This document shows positions 1 to 9,482 of a stretch of 64,000 nt of DNA, in pieces (position 1 is the stretch's first letter; each line of letters opens with the position of its first letter). The DNA comes from Coleofasciculus chthonoplastes F2-STO-03. GTDB lineage: Bacteria > Cyanobacteriota > Cyanobacteriia > Cyanobacteriales > Coleofasciculaceae. Under the pieces are notes generated by a model. It ran no database searches, was not told the DNA's origin, and was given only the letters and a program-made list of their open reading frames with translations. The stretch lies in the NCBI GenBank assembly GCA_040222015.1, contig JAVJWO010000192.1:1-64000 (forward strand), read 5' to 3'. A program made the position numbers and the translations under genes.

Positions 1-372
1 ATTACTTTCATAATTGGTTAAAGTATTTTTCAAAGTCTTTCCATCAATAGCAATCCAATCCGTCCCCTCTTTTTTCCAATAATGTTGCTCGACAAAATCT
101 TCAAATATGGCTTTTATCTCTAGGGTTTCAATGCCGATCATTACTCTTCTTATTGTACTATAAGATGGTAATTTTTCTGGACATATTCCTAGCCATTTTA
201 TTAGGTTTTCTTTTTGGTCATGGCTAAATCTTGCAATCTGCTTATAATTGACATTTCCCGTCATCAGACCCAAAAAAATAATAGATAAAACTACCCATAA
301 TTCGTGCCGTTTGCCTCGCTTGTTGCGAAAATCCTTGACTTTTTTGAATTCTTCAATTATCCTAGCAAGCAT
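1..372 (-). CDS. ISAs1-family transposase, N-terminal part (runs off window)
   Basis: Not in ORF track; my translation from ATG at 372: MLARIIEEFKKVKDFRNKRGKRHELW...LPSYSTIRRV...WIAIDGKTLK, with the DxRxxRGKRH, PSxSTIRR and IAIDGK motifs of ISAs1 transposases. Confidence 0.88.
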   Translation of the reverse strand, partial: MLARIIEEFKKVKDFRNKRGKRHELWVVLSIIFLGLMTGNVNYKQIARFSHDQKENLIKWLGICPEKLPSYSTIRRVMIGIETLEIKAIFEDFVEQHYWKKEGTDWIAIDGKTLKNTLTNYESN

Positions 373-469
373 GATTTTTTTGAAATTGAAAAAAGTGAGC
401 TTTTCTTAATTTTACCGGAAAAAGTTCACTTTTATTTTAAAGATTACCCCGGACTTTGAAAACCCCCTG
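1..469 (-). mobile_element. ISAs1-family insertion sequence (one end in window)
   Basis: Transposase ORF plus CAGGGGGTTTTCAAA on the minus strand starting at 469, resembling ISAs1 CAGGG termini. Confidence 0.7.
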
Positions 470-612
470 CTTCAAAAGGGGGAAGCAAAAGGATGCTTTG
501 CCTTTTTTTTCATGGGGTAAACCATTAGTCGGTTTTAACCGACTTAAGCTATTAGCCAAGAACTTGAGTTTTTGGCTAGTTACTACCAATAATTAAATTA
601 CAAAAATGGCAG

Positions 613-1527
613 CTAGCCTCGTGATTGGCGACGGCGTAAAGCCATACCCGCAAAGGTCAAACCAATGCCAGCAATCCCAGCCAGACCCGAAGGTTCAGGA
701 ACTGACTTAAGGTCTCCTTTGAGTGCGACACCATCATTGCCACACTCTAAGAATAAATGACTGACGAAACTACCTCCATTTCTGGGAAGCAAAGCTCGGT
801 CAAATCTAAAGCCATAAGTGTGAGAGTCATTCGCTTCAAAGTGACTAAAATCGAGTCCAGCATTACTGAGTTGAGTCCCATCTAGTAGATCAATATCGCC
901 CAAAAATCTACCGGATTGAATCACGTTGAGGATTGGAGTATTATTCTTCGTTGGCTTCTGGGCAATGGTGCTGCCATAGAGATAATCGTAGACATCGGCT
1001 TTGTTTGGCAAGTCAGTGCCTTGGGTATTGATTTTGTCAAACTTACTGTGGTTATAGTACTGCTTTAAGCTGCCATACCCATCGTTATCTTGAGTTACGC
1101 TCATTGCCGTGACATTTTGATAAACCCCAGTACGGCTGACTTGAGAATCATTAGTTTCAGCAAAGCGAATTCCAAATAGATCACCATCATTCATCGCTGT
1201 GGTAAAATCTTTTCCAGAAAAATTAAAGAACAAATCACCAAATCCCACATTGTTGTCAACCGCTCCTGTGTCTTTATTTCCTTCTAAGGGTGTGCCACCT
1301 GTTAGAGCCACAAAAATACTATCGGCTGTTTCTTTCATGGCTAATCCTTTGATGTCATACTTAGCACCACCAGAGCCATCACTGAACGAATCAATCCCAT
1401 AGTTCCAGCCGTTATGTAATTGTCCAGCGTTGGCTTGCTGACCCAGCATAGAAATTAAGCTAACTGCAACAACAGCACTGCCGATAAATTTAGAAACTTT
1501 GTTGGTATTCATTGCGTCAACTCTCAT
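613..1527 (-). CDS. PEP-CTERM exosortase-dependent surface protein (XDD3-like)
   Basis: N-terminal signal peptide (..QQANA|G), C-terminal VPEPS + TM helix + RRRQ; ECGNDG before the sorting signal. Confidence 0.88.
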   Translation of the reverse strand: MRVDAMNTNKVSKFIGSAVVAVSLISMLGQQANAGQLHNGWNYGIDSFSDGSGGAKYDIKGLAMKETADSIFVALTGGTPLEGNKDTGAVDNNVGFGDLFFNFSGKDFTTAMNDGDLFGIRFAETNDSQVSRTGVYQNVTAMSVTQDNDGYGSLKQYYNHSKFDKINTQGTDLPNKADVYDYLYGSTIAQKPTKNNTPILNVIQSGRFLGDIDLLDGTQLSNAGLDFSHFEANDSHTYGFRFDRALLPRNGGSFVSHLFLECGNDGVALKGDLKSVPEPSGLAGIAGIGLTFAGMALRRRQSRG

Positions 1528-2022
1528 AAATTACAACTCTTGTACTTATAATTAAAGCAATTTAAGATAAAGCTGTTGTTAAGTCCGCACAGTTTATTGT
1601 GTTGTTTATTTAAAAATGTAAAAATTCATAAATATAAAAAATTAGAAATTTATCAGGATTATTTTTGTAAAAATTTAGATAATAAAGCAGAGTTAATTAA
1701 GGTTAAAATAAACTCTGAATACCAGTTAAAACTAGCGAATGCCTTTGGGAAAAGACGGCACGAGAGGGGGAGGGTTTTGTTCCTTGGAAGCACGGGAAGC
1801 GGGCATGATGTCTGCACTACACCAAATTGAAAGAAATGGGATGCTCATGCACGAGAGTATCCATTACTGTAGCTGACGGGGTTCACGAACGCCGATGCCT
1901 CGTGAAGACTACCGGAATCAGTCCCCCCATCGCTCAAAGAGCTAGAGAGCGTGTTATCTTGACTGAAAGCCAAACGTTTTTTGGAGGCTGGTGACCGCCA
2001 GCGATTTTCACGGCAAACGTGT

Positions 2023-2670
2023 ATGACTTTGAACAAAACGGTAACGGATCAGTCTGCCAAGGGAGGGACTTCAATACCTGTGGACAAACCGAATCAGTCA
2101 ACAGTAGCAGAACAATCGACCCCATCTATATCGCCGAGATCCAAGTTCTGGCAACAAGTCCGAGAAAATCTACAAATTATTGCGATCGCACTCGCCCTAG
2201 CGCTGTTGATTCGAGTCTTTATTGCCGAACCGCGCTACATTCCCTCAAACTCGATGATACCGACATTGACTATCGGCGATCGCGTAGTTGTGGAAAAAAT
2301 CTCTTACCACTTCAAACCCCCAGTCAGTGGGGACATCATTGTCTTTAATCCACCACCTCAACTGCAAATGCAGGGATTTACCGAAGACCAAGCTTTTATT
2401 AAACGAATCATTGCTACACCGGGTCAAATCGTCCAAATTCAAGATGGCAAAGTCTATATTAATGGGGAACCGCTAGACGAAGTTTACATTGCCGAACCCC
2501 CAAACTATCAGATGGCACCCGTGCGCGTTCCGGAAGGTCAGTTATTTGTCATGGGAGATAATCGCAACAACAGCAACGACTCTCACGTTTGGGGATTCTT
2601 GCCTCAACCTAATATTATTGGTCACGCTTGTTTCCGCTTCTGGCCCCCCAGCCGATTCGGTTTAGTTTGA
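2023..2670 (+). CDS. lepB: Signal peptidase I
   Basis: IPSNSMIPTL (catalytic Ser), FIKRII (Lys), MGDNRNNSNDS; start taken at ATG 2023. Confidence 0.95.
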   Translation: MTLNKTVTDQSAKGGTSIPVDKPNQSTVAEQSTPSISPRSKFWQQVRENLQIIAIALALALLIRVFIAEPRYIPSNSMIPTLTIGDRVVVEKISYHFKPPVSGDIIVFNPPPQLQMQGFTEDQAFIKRIIATPGQIVQIQDGKVYINGEPLDEVYIAEPPNYQMAPVRVPEGQLFVMGDNRNNSNDSHVWGFLPQPNIIGHACFRFWPPSRFGLV

Positions 2671-2707
2671 TGTCTGTAACTCCAGTTGGGAATGAGTTAG
2701 AAAATAG

Positions 2708-3265
2708 ATGACAATCGAAATCTACGTCAGTACAGATATTGAATCTGATGGTCCCATTCCTGGACCTCACTCAATGTTGAGCATTGCCTCGGCTGCTTTC
2801 AAAGCAGACAAACAATTAATTGCAACCTTTACAGCCAACCTGGAAACCTTGCCAGGAGCAACAGGTCATCCCAAAACCATGAAATGGTGGTCACAACAAC
2901 CCACCGCCTGGGAAGCCAGCCGAGTTAACCCACAGCCCCCCGAACACGTAATGCGGGACTATCACACTTGGCTAGAAGCATTACCAGGTCAACCGATCTT
3001 TGTTGGCTATCCGGCTGCCTTCGACTTTATGTTTGTCTACTGGTATTTGATTAAGTTTGTCGGCGATAGTCCTTTTAACCATTCGGCACTCGACATCCGA
3101 TCCTATGCGATGGCATTCCTCAAACAAGATTATCGTGAGTCAGGGAAGAAAAATATACCCCCTGAGTGGTTGGAGGAAATGCCCCTGACCCACGTTGCTC
3201 TTGATGATGCAATACAACAGGGTAAGTTATTTTGCAATCTTGTGCAACACAACTTACAACAATAG
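2708..3265 (+). CDS. DEDDh 3'-5' exonuclease (RNase T / RNase AS-like)
   Basis: STDIESDG (ExoI), AAFDFMF (ExoII), THVALDDA (ExoIII). Confidence 0.85.
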   Translation: MTIEIYVSTDIESDGPIPGPHSMLSIASAAFKADKQLIATFTANLETLPGATGHPKTMKWWSQQPTAWEASRVNPQPPEHVMRDYHTWLEALPGQPIFVGYPAAFDFMFVYWYLIKFVGDSPFNHSALDIRSYAMAFLKQDYRESGKKNIPPEWLEEMPLTHVALDDAIQQGKLFCNLVQHNLQQ

Positions 3266-3278
3266 ACGGTAGTTTACA

Positions 3279-4604
3279 TTAAGAGTGGAGACCCTCAACG
3301 TAAGCTTTAATTGTCGGTAGTGCCATCATCTTTTCGTAGAAGAAATTATTGACAATCTGCATCACCTCTGATCGTGCTGCCTCGACTTGGGGACCCAGTG
3401 GAACCCCTTCTTGCTGACGACTAATGCAGCGGGATAAACGCAGGAGATGGCGGGTAATTTCTAATTCCTCTTCCCCTTCCAAAACCTTAATCACGGACAG
3501 AATCAGTTCATCCGTCTGATCGAGAATATGATCAATATCAAACACCGCACCTTGGTCGATGGCGTCTTTCACCGTTCGCACTAAGGCGTGAACTTGATAC
3601 AGTAATGCGGCGGGTTCATCAAACAGTTCCCGTAGGAAGGCAGCTTCCTCATATTTTCCATTCAGCCGGAAGATGTTGTACAGCCGTTTAGCCGCTTTGC
3701 CATAGTTGGGATTATCCGGCTTAAAATATTTTTTAACTTCCTTTTCCAACTGCGTCACATAATCATCCATGACATCAGTTGAAACCTGCTTCACCAGTTT
3801 GGAAAAGATGGGGGCAGATTCAGCATCGAGGTAAATTTCTTGGAAATAGCCGTCTAGATAGCCGTCTAAGGGAGTGATTGTACCATCGGGAGCTTCCCAG
3901 GTGACATCCAACATATTGCTGGCGTTAGACAATTGACGACGCACCGGATCGGCAATCACCCAGTCTAGCTTACACCAACCCGGATCATCGGCGACCGAAT
4001 CCCAAGTGATGGTCATCGGATTTCCTTGCAAGTCGCTGACTTCAATTTGCTCAGCGACAACCGCATCCGGGGACCAGGAGATAGGTGAGCCTTTGTGATA
4101 GGAGTGTTCATCACGGATCACATCTTGGGGATAGCTACCAAATTTCAGTTCAACTAATTGAAAATTATCACCTGAGCGGCTGTTGATGGTTTTCTCACGC
4201 ATAATTCGGGAGAGAATCTGGCAGGCTTCCGCCCGGGTTGGGGCAATAATATTCACCCGCTCAAAGTAGTCACAGTCCCCTGGGTGAGTTTGAACCTTAG
4301 ATTGAGCCGCTGAACCTGAGAGCGCCAACGCTGTTTCGACAACACCAGGAACATCGTCAAATTCTACAATTCTGCCGATGGTGCGAAAACGCTCTAGATC
4401 TTTGGGGTCAAAATCTAACATACTGACCTTATGACCAAAAACCCCCGTATCTTGATCAACGGTAATATCGCTGTCTCCTGTGGCTTCGGTGATGGAGTTC
4501 ATCCATCGTTCCAATTCTTGTTCCTTGAGTTCAACCCCTAATCGACGGGCAGATTCAATCACGCGGTTACGCGCATCTGCCGTTTGATCTGGTCTTGTTG
4601 TCAT
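3279..4604 (-). CDS. Hypothetical protein with Pol-beta-superfamily nucleotidyltransferase motifs
   Basis: ALSGSAA-x-PGDCDYFE, candidate third acidic residue in CKLDWV, helical C-terminal part; AGGAG precedes ATG 4604. Confidence 0.65.
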   Translation of the reverse strand: MTTRPDQTADARNRVIESARRLGVELKEQELERWMNSITEATGDSDITVDQDTGVFGHKVSMLDFDPKDLERFRTIGRIVEFDDVPGVVETALALSGSAAQSKVQTHPGDCDYFERVNIIAPTRAEACQILSRIMREKTINSRSGDNFQLVELKFGSYPQDVIRDEHSYHKGSPISWSPDAVVAEQIEVSDLQGNPMTITWDSVADDPGWCKLDWVIADPVRRQLSNASNMLDVTWEAPDGTITPLDGYLDGYFQEIYLDAESAPIFSKLVKQVSTDVMDDYVTQLEKEVKKYFKPDNPNYGKAAKRLYNIFRLNGKYEEAAFLRELFDEPAALLYQVHALVRTVKDAIDQGAVFDIDHILDQTDELILSVIKVLEGEEELEITRHLLRLSRCISRQQEGVPLGPQVEAARSEVMQIVNNFFYEKMMALPTIKAYVEGLHS

Positions 4605-4695
4605 GTCGGATCTCCTAAAGATAAATAATTGAGCAAGGATTTGATGGGTCAAGAAACCTCAAACTCTTTGTTGCCTTCTGCTTTTTGCTGTAGTC

Positions 4696-4798
4696 TAAGC
4701 TGTTCGGCATTTAAACCTTAATGTCAATAATGACGAAATTATTGTAGTGCGAGCATCTTCCTCGCTACTAATACCCAATTTAAATGCATGACAGCTTA
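4696..4798. repeat. MITE-like element
   Basis: Imperfect terminal inverted repeats TAAGCTGTtcGGCATTTAAA ... TTTAAATGCATGACAGCTTA. Confidence 0.65.
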
Positions 4799-5086
4799 TC
4801 AACCCAAAAATAGGATTATATCATTTTGTCATAGTTTAACCCCAATGGCTCACACGTTTGATAATTTTATTCCTCAAAACCCTTTTCTAGATGGGTTTCG
4901 AGCATTTTTAGACTACCCCAGAATTTTGACAGAGTGTTGCCAGCCTTTTTCTACGGTCAATCCAGGTTGTATAAACCTTTGGGCAATTGGGGTGAGAGAT
5001 CCGGGGTTATTGCCAAGTTAGGAAAAACAACAAATATTAATCCCTAAAAACGCTCCTAGGAAAACCTATTTTTATTACTTCTTAAC

Positions 5087-5632
5087 ATGAAAAAAATCTT
5101 TTTTATTGCCCTACTTCCTCCTCAAACCATTCAAGGCTCGATTATGGAGATCAAGCAACATTGTGCTGATGTTTATGAGAGTAAAGCTGCCCTCAAATCT
5201 CCACCCCATATTACACTGCAATCCCCTTTTAAATGGGAAGTCGATGATGTACCTATTCTCGAAGAATCCCTGAAAAGTTTTGCTCAAACCCGAATACCTG
5301 TTCCGATCACCCTTCAAGGGTTTGGGGCATTTAAACCTCGCGTTATTTACGTCAATGTTCTGAAAACTCCAGAACTGATCGCGATTCACAAGGATTTAGT
5401 GGCATATCTAGAAAACTCTTTAGGTATCGTTGATGAGCGTTCTAAAAATCGTCCCTTTTCTCCTCATGTCACTGTGGCATTTCGGGATTTGAAACGGCAG
5501 AATTTTCGCAAGGCGTGGATTGAATTTGAGAACCAACCGTTAGAATTTGAGTTTTTGGCATCTCATCTTACTTTGTTACTTCACGATGGTCGGCGATGGA
5601 ATGTGAATGTAGAGTTTCCTTTTTTAACCTGA
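5087..5632 (+). CDS. 2H phosphoesterase (2'-5' RNA ligase family)
   Basis: Two HxT motifs: PPHITL and SPHVTVA. Confidence 0.9.
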   Translation: MKKIFFIALLPPQTIQGSIMEIKQHCADVYESKAALKSPPHITLQSPFKWEVDDVPILEESLKSFAQTRIPVPITLQGFGAFKPRVIYVNVLKTPELIAIHKDLVAYLENSLGIVDERSKNRPFSPHVTVAFRDLKRQNFRKAWIEFENQPLEFEFLASHLTLLLHDGRRWNVNVEFPFLT

Positions 5633-5764
5633 TCATATTATATCTTTAGTAAGGATAAAAAAAGTAGAGACATTGCCAGCAACGTCCCTACTGACGTGGC
5701 ACACCTAAACAAGATGGATTAGCATTGTAGGGGCGCACCGACGTGCATTGGTGTCAACTTAAGC

Positions 5765-5959
5765 TCAAATGCCTGGGGGGGTAGGAGCTACCATACTTGC
5801 AGAGATCCGACCAATTGCTTCCTCAATATCTACAGACTCAACATGATTATGTACCAAGGCATTGTAGGCATCGGCTGGACGCATCGCTGGTTCGGGAAGC
5901 GTCAGATACATATCATGAATAGCTTGTAAGATGGACTTATGGCAGTTGCGATCAACCAA
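5765..5959 (-). pseudogene. Orn/Lys/Arg decarboxylase remnant with large internal deletion
   Basis: VDRNCHKS (PLP major domain) joined directly to LPEPAMRPADAY...GRISASMV.P.PPGI (C-terminal domain). Confidence 0.8.
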
Positions 5960-6056
5960 AGGGATTATCGTTTATCAGCTTACATCGCATTGATATCTAT
6001 CACTTCAGAGCGATCGCAGAATTTTCGATAAAGATTGCTGATGGGGATTCGTGCAA

Positions 6057-7502
6057 TCATACCAATACCAACTTGAAGAGTAGGATCAACGTTAGACTCA
6101 TCACTACCATCACCCCGATTAGATGCTCCAATTGCTCAAGCACACGGGGGAGTTTGAGTACCACTCGTTGAAAAATTAAAAAATATGCCAACCATCCCAT
6201 GGCGATGATTGCTAGGTTTTTGGTGATATTTAACAGGGTGTATCCTTCTAAATACATCCCGCTTGCGGCAATCAGCCCACCGAGCAGTAGTAGGATTGGA
6301 GTCCAGAAACTGGCTCGCACAGGCTTCCCTTTCCCATGGGGCAGAAGGATGAATTTGGCATACACCATCGCGGTTCCAACCGCCCCCAGGTTCATGACAA
6401 TCCATTGCCATTGCCAAGACTGGACATTCTTCAACGTCAAAACCTTCGCGCCAAAGCCGGCGAACAAGGGAAAGCCCGAAATTGAGAGGCTAGCCATAAC
6501 TAGGGCAATCCAGAGTCCGGTATTCATCGGCTGCTCTTTGAGTTCCTTAAAGTTTCGGCTGGGTAAGTTTCCCGCGATCAGGAACAGCGTTGATTTCGCC
6601 AATCCATGGGCTAGGGCAAAAAAGCCACCAACTTCTGGTGCAGCGAGTATCCAGCCTACTTGGGAAATCGTGCTACAGGCTAGGGTGCGCTTGGTATCTT
6701 TTTCAAAGATGGCATATCCGACTCCCAGCAGTGCGGTTCCCACGCCGAAGAGTCGGACAATGGGATCGATCGCCTCCATCATCAAGGCAAAGCGCACCAG
6801 GGGAAACACGCCTGTTTTCACCACAACCCCTGAGAGCAACGCTGACACAGGTGTTTCCGATTCCGAGTGGGTCAACGGTAACCACAATCCCGATACAAAA
6901 ATACCCCCCTTACTCAGAAGTCCCAAAACAATCAGGGCAACTGCCTCGATGGGTGCATTACTCAAACCCTCATAAGCAAAGGAATAATTCGCCTGATACA
7001 CCAACACCGCACCCACCAGATAAAACAGCATGGCTACATTGCCGACAAACATATAGCGTAACGCCACCCAAATCGAACGATTGGTTCGGGAATAGGCAAT
7101 TAACAGAAATGCGGCAATACTAATAACCTCTAGCGAGACGTATAAGCTGATGAAATCGGCACAGATAAACGCGGCATTGACACTGCCATGTAAAATAATC
7201 GTTTGTGTATAGAAGAACGCCGTTTTATTTGTATGCCAACAATAGAGGATAACGGCGGTTGTGACCAAGGCATTGGTCAATATAAAAAAACCACTTAATT
7301 GATCAACAATTAAGGTAACGCCGAAACTATCCAATAATTGCAGGGTTAATGGCGCTTTAGCTACAAATAATAACTGCAACGCATATCCAACCGAAACCAG
7401 GGCGACGCCCAGTGTGAGATATCGGTCAAGTTTGGGGAACAGATAAATGCTGAACCCCACAAACAGCGGTAGTGCAATCCAGGTAAGCGTCAATGTACTC
7501 AT
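6057..7502 (-). CDS. mrpD: Mrp Na+/H+ antiporter subunit D (proton-conducting transporter family)
   Basis: Highly hydrophobic 481 aa; WLPLTHSESETPVSALLSGVVVK and KRTLACSTISQ motifs. Confidence 0.88.
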   Translation of the reverse strand: MSTLTLTWIALPLFVGFSIYLFPKLDRYLTLGVALVSVGYALQLLFVAKAPLTLQLLDSFGVTLIVDQLSGFFILTNALVTTAVILYCWHTNKTAFFYTQTIILHGSVNAAFICADFISLYVSLEVISIAAFLLIAYSRTNRSIWVALRYMFVGNVAMLFYLVGAVLVYQANYSFAYEGLSNAPIEAVALIVLGLLSKGGIFVSGLWLPLTHSESETPVSALLSGVVVKTGVFPLVRFALMMEAIDPIVRLFGVGTALLGVGYAIFEKDTKRTLACSTISQVGWILAAPEVGGFFALAHGLAKSTLFLIAGNLPSRNFKELKEQPMNTGLWIALVMASLSISGFPLFAGFGAKVLTLKNVQSWQWQWIVMNLGAVGTAMVYAKFILLPHGKGKPVRASFWTPILLLLGGLIAASGMYLEGYTLLNITKNLAIIAMGWLAYFLIFQRVVLKLPRVLEQLEHLIGVMVVMSLTLILLFKLVLV

Positions 7503-7624
7503 GGGGTATTGTATTTCTCAACCTCGCTGCTTTCTAAAATCTGATGATGCCGTGCTAGCGTCTTTTTTAAGATGATGCTGAAAAATTCGCCCAGAATAGT
7601 GGCGAATAGGCAGGCTGCTAACAC
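7499..7624 (-). pseudogene. mrpC: mrpC remnant with internal deletion
   Basis: 41 aa VLAACLFATILGEFFSIILKKT|LARHHQILESSEVEKYNTP resembles the fused N- and C-termini of cyanobacterial MrpC; ATGA overlap with mrpD. Confidence 0.7.
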
Positions 7625-7918
7625 GGCTATGCTTTCCGGTGAAAAGGTGCTAAAACATTTATAGCACGTTTTAATAGTGCTATAAAAGGCTGACACTATT
7701 GAAAAGTGTCAATACAGACGATAGACTCATACCACACCAACGGCTTGGTTTGAGCTTGGGAGCGACATGATAAAACATGCAATAGCCAGATTAGAGAACC
7801 GATTCGTGGCAAATCAATACTTAACCTCAGCCCTGAGTCGCCGAATACCGTTGGCGGCGGAAGGACTAAAGGTGTACCACCGGAACCTGTCTACTCTTGA
7901 GATCAGGACACTAAAACC

Positions 7919-9028
7919 GTGACCATTTTGGATGTATCAACACCGTTTCAATTGGTTGGACGGCAAGCGCAATTCCAACGAATTACCCAGGTGTTAGCCC
8001 ATGAGGGCAACCTGTTGATTGTGGGAGTACCGGGAAGTGGACGGCGGACTTTGGTACGACGGGCGGCTCAGGAAGTTGGCGTGAAAATCCTGGAAGTTGA
8101 CTGTATCCGGGTTACTGATGGTCAACGCTTCGTGCAACTGTTGTGCGAGAGTATCAATCAGACGTTTCTCAGTGCAACGGCTCACGCTTTAATGCAAGAG
8201 TGGATTGAACACAAGGCGGTTGAATTATTTGTCCTCAATGATAACGGACGAGGTAGAGCGCAGCTAAAACCTGTTCGGGTAAAGAGTCAAGAGCAGCAAT
8301 GGAAAGCATTTGAGGGATTACTGGAACTCCTACAAGAATTAGCCGAATCTACAGGTGAACGGGTGGTGCTGATTTTGGAAAGCTTCCCCCATATTCGTTC
8401 TTGGGATCGGCATGGGGTGTGGGAAAATTTCTTGAAGCAAGAGATCGAGCGTCAGACTCAGGTGAGTTATGTATTGGTGGCAACGATCGCAGAAATTAGC
8501 ATTCATCCTGATGAACCAGGGAATAGTTTAGAAATCGTGCAGCTTGCTCCCTTAGCGGATGATGTAGTGGCGGCTTGGGCGCAAGAAGTCTTGCATACCC
8601 AAGAGTTGACATTCGATCCGCGATCGCAAGCCTTGGAATTGTTTGTTAATGCGGTGCAGGGACATTTAGGCGATGCTTCCGCACTGGTGCGACGCCTCCA
8701 GTCGGTGCGGGTGGCTGACGGGTTAATTCGCGATCGCCACATCCAGCAGGCAATTCAAGATCTATTATCCGACCTATCCATGGTTTTCGAGTCATTACTG
8801 ATGCTGCTTCCGGCGAATCAGGCGCATCTGTTGGAATCTCTGGCGTTAGATCCGACTGACAAGCCCCAAAGTCGCGATTATATTCACAAACATTACCTAT
8901 CCAGAGGGGGGAGTCTCCAAGGCGCGATCGCGGGATTACAACACAAAGGCTTGATTTATGGCTCCGAGCAAAATTATCGACTGGCTCTACCTCTATTGGC
9001 ATTGTGGCTACGCCAGCGCTTGAGTTAA
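7919..9028 (+). CDS. AAA+/P-loop ATP-binding protein with putative C-terminal winged helix
   Basis: LVGR, GVPGSGRRT (variant Walker A), VVLILESF (Walker B-like). Confidence 0.7.
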   Translation: MTILDVSTPFQLVGRQAQFQRITQVLAHEGNLLIVGVPGSGRRTLVRRAAQEVGVKILEVDCIRVTDGQRFVQLLCESINQTFLSATAHALMQEWIEHKAVELFVLNDNGRGRAQLKPVRVKSQEQQWKAFEGLLELLQELAESTGERVVLILESFPHIRSWDRHGVWENFLKQEIERQTQVSYVLVATIAEISIHPDEPGNSLEIVQLAPLADDVVAAWAQEVLHTQELTFDPRSQALELFVNAVQGHLGDASALVRRLQSVRVADGLIRDRHIQQAIQDLLSDLSMVFESLLMLLPANQAHLLESLALDPTDKPQSRDYIHKHYLSRGGSLQGAIAGLQHKGLIYGSEQNYRLALPLLALWLRQRLS

Positions 9029-9047
9029 TCCTTTTCTGGAGCTAGAT

Positions 9048-9314
9048 CAGGGCACGATACCATCCATCCGCGTCAACTTAAGGTAGAAAGCAATGCTGGC
9101 AAGGTTTTAAGCTGTGTCTATCTACTCCTTGACATTTTCCCCCTCATCCCCTAAACCCTTCTCCCTCCCTGGGGAGAAGGGGAACCGGATTATCTTATCT
9201 TGCTCCCCTCTCCCGTGCAAAAAAAGCGAAGCATCCTTAGTCCTCCTTTGGAGAGGGGCTGGGGGTGAGGGGTTGAGCTTAAGTGAACACGGGTGGATAC
9301 TATCGTGCCCCTAC
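9048..9314. repeat. Nested REP/MITE composite
   Basis: AGGGCACGATA...TATCGTGCCCCTAC arms enclose GTCAACTTAAG...CTTAAGTGAAC, which encloses CCCCTCATCCCC...GGGGGTGAGGGG. Confidence 0.7.
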
Positions 9315-9482
9315 CCAATCAATTATCCCTGCCTTGGGTTGAAACTGTTGCTGCCCGATTGGATAAGAGTTTTAGTCCATTTTAATGGACAGTAGCTCTT
9401 AGCCCGGAGTTTGAACTCCGGGCAGGTGTAGGGACTGAATGCTATATTCAGCGTATCAGCGCCTATCTTTTAAGGTGGGATT

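Noticed and set aside
1860..1990. TTCACGA/TCGTGAA hairpin upstream of lepB
   Set aside because: A single short stem; insufficient evidence for an ncRNA
3279..4604. Calling the locus CBASS
   Set aside because: No Cap effector or Cap2/Cap3 genes adjacent, and family assignment is not possible by eye
6199..6975. 258-aa plus-strand ORF and other overlapping ORFs
   Set aside because: Antisense shadows of mrpD with no recognisable motifs
7780..7915. Hairpin-forming leader between the mrpC remnant and the ATPase, considered as a riboswitch
   Set aside because: No match by eye to riboswitch consensus sequences I know; an Rfam/Infernal search would be needed
9114..9395. 93-aa ORF
   Set aside because: Translation of nested repeat DNA
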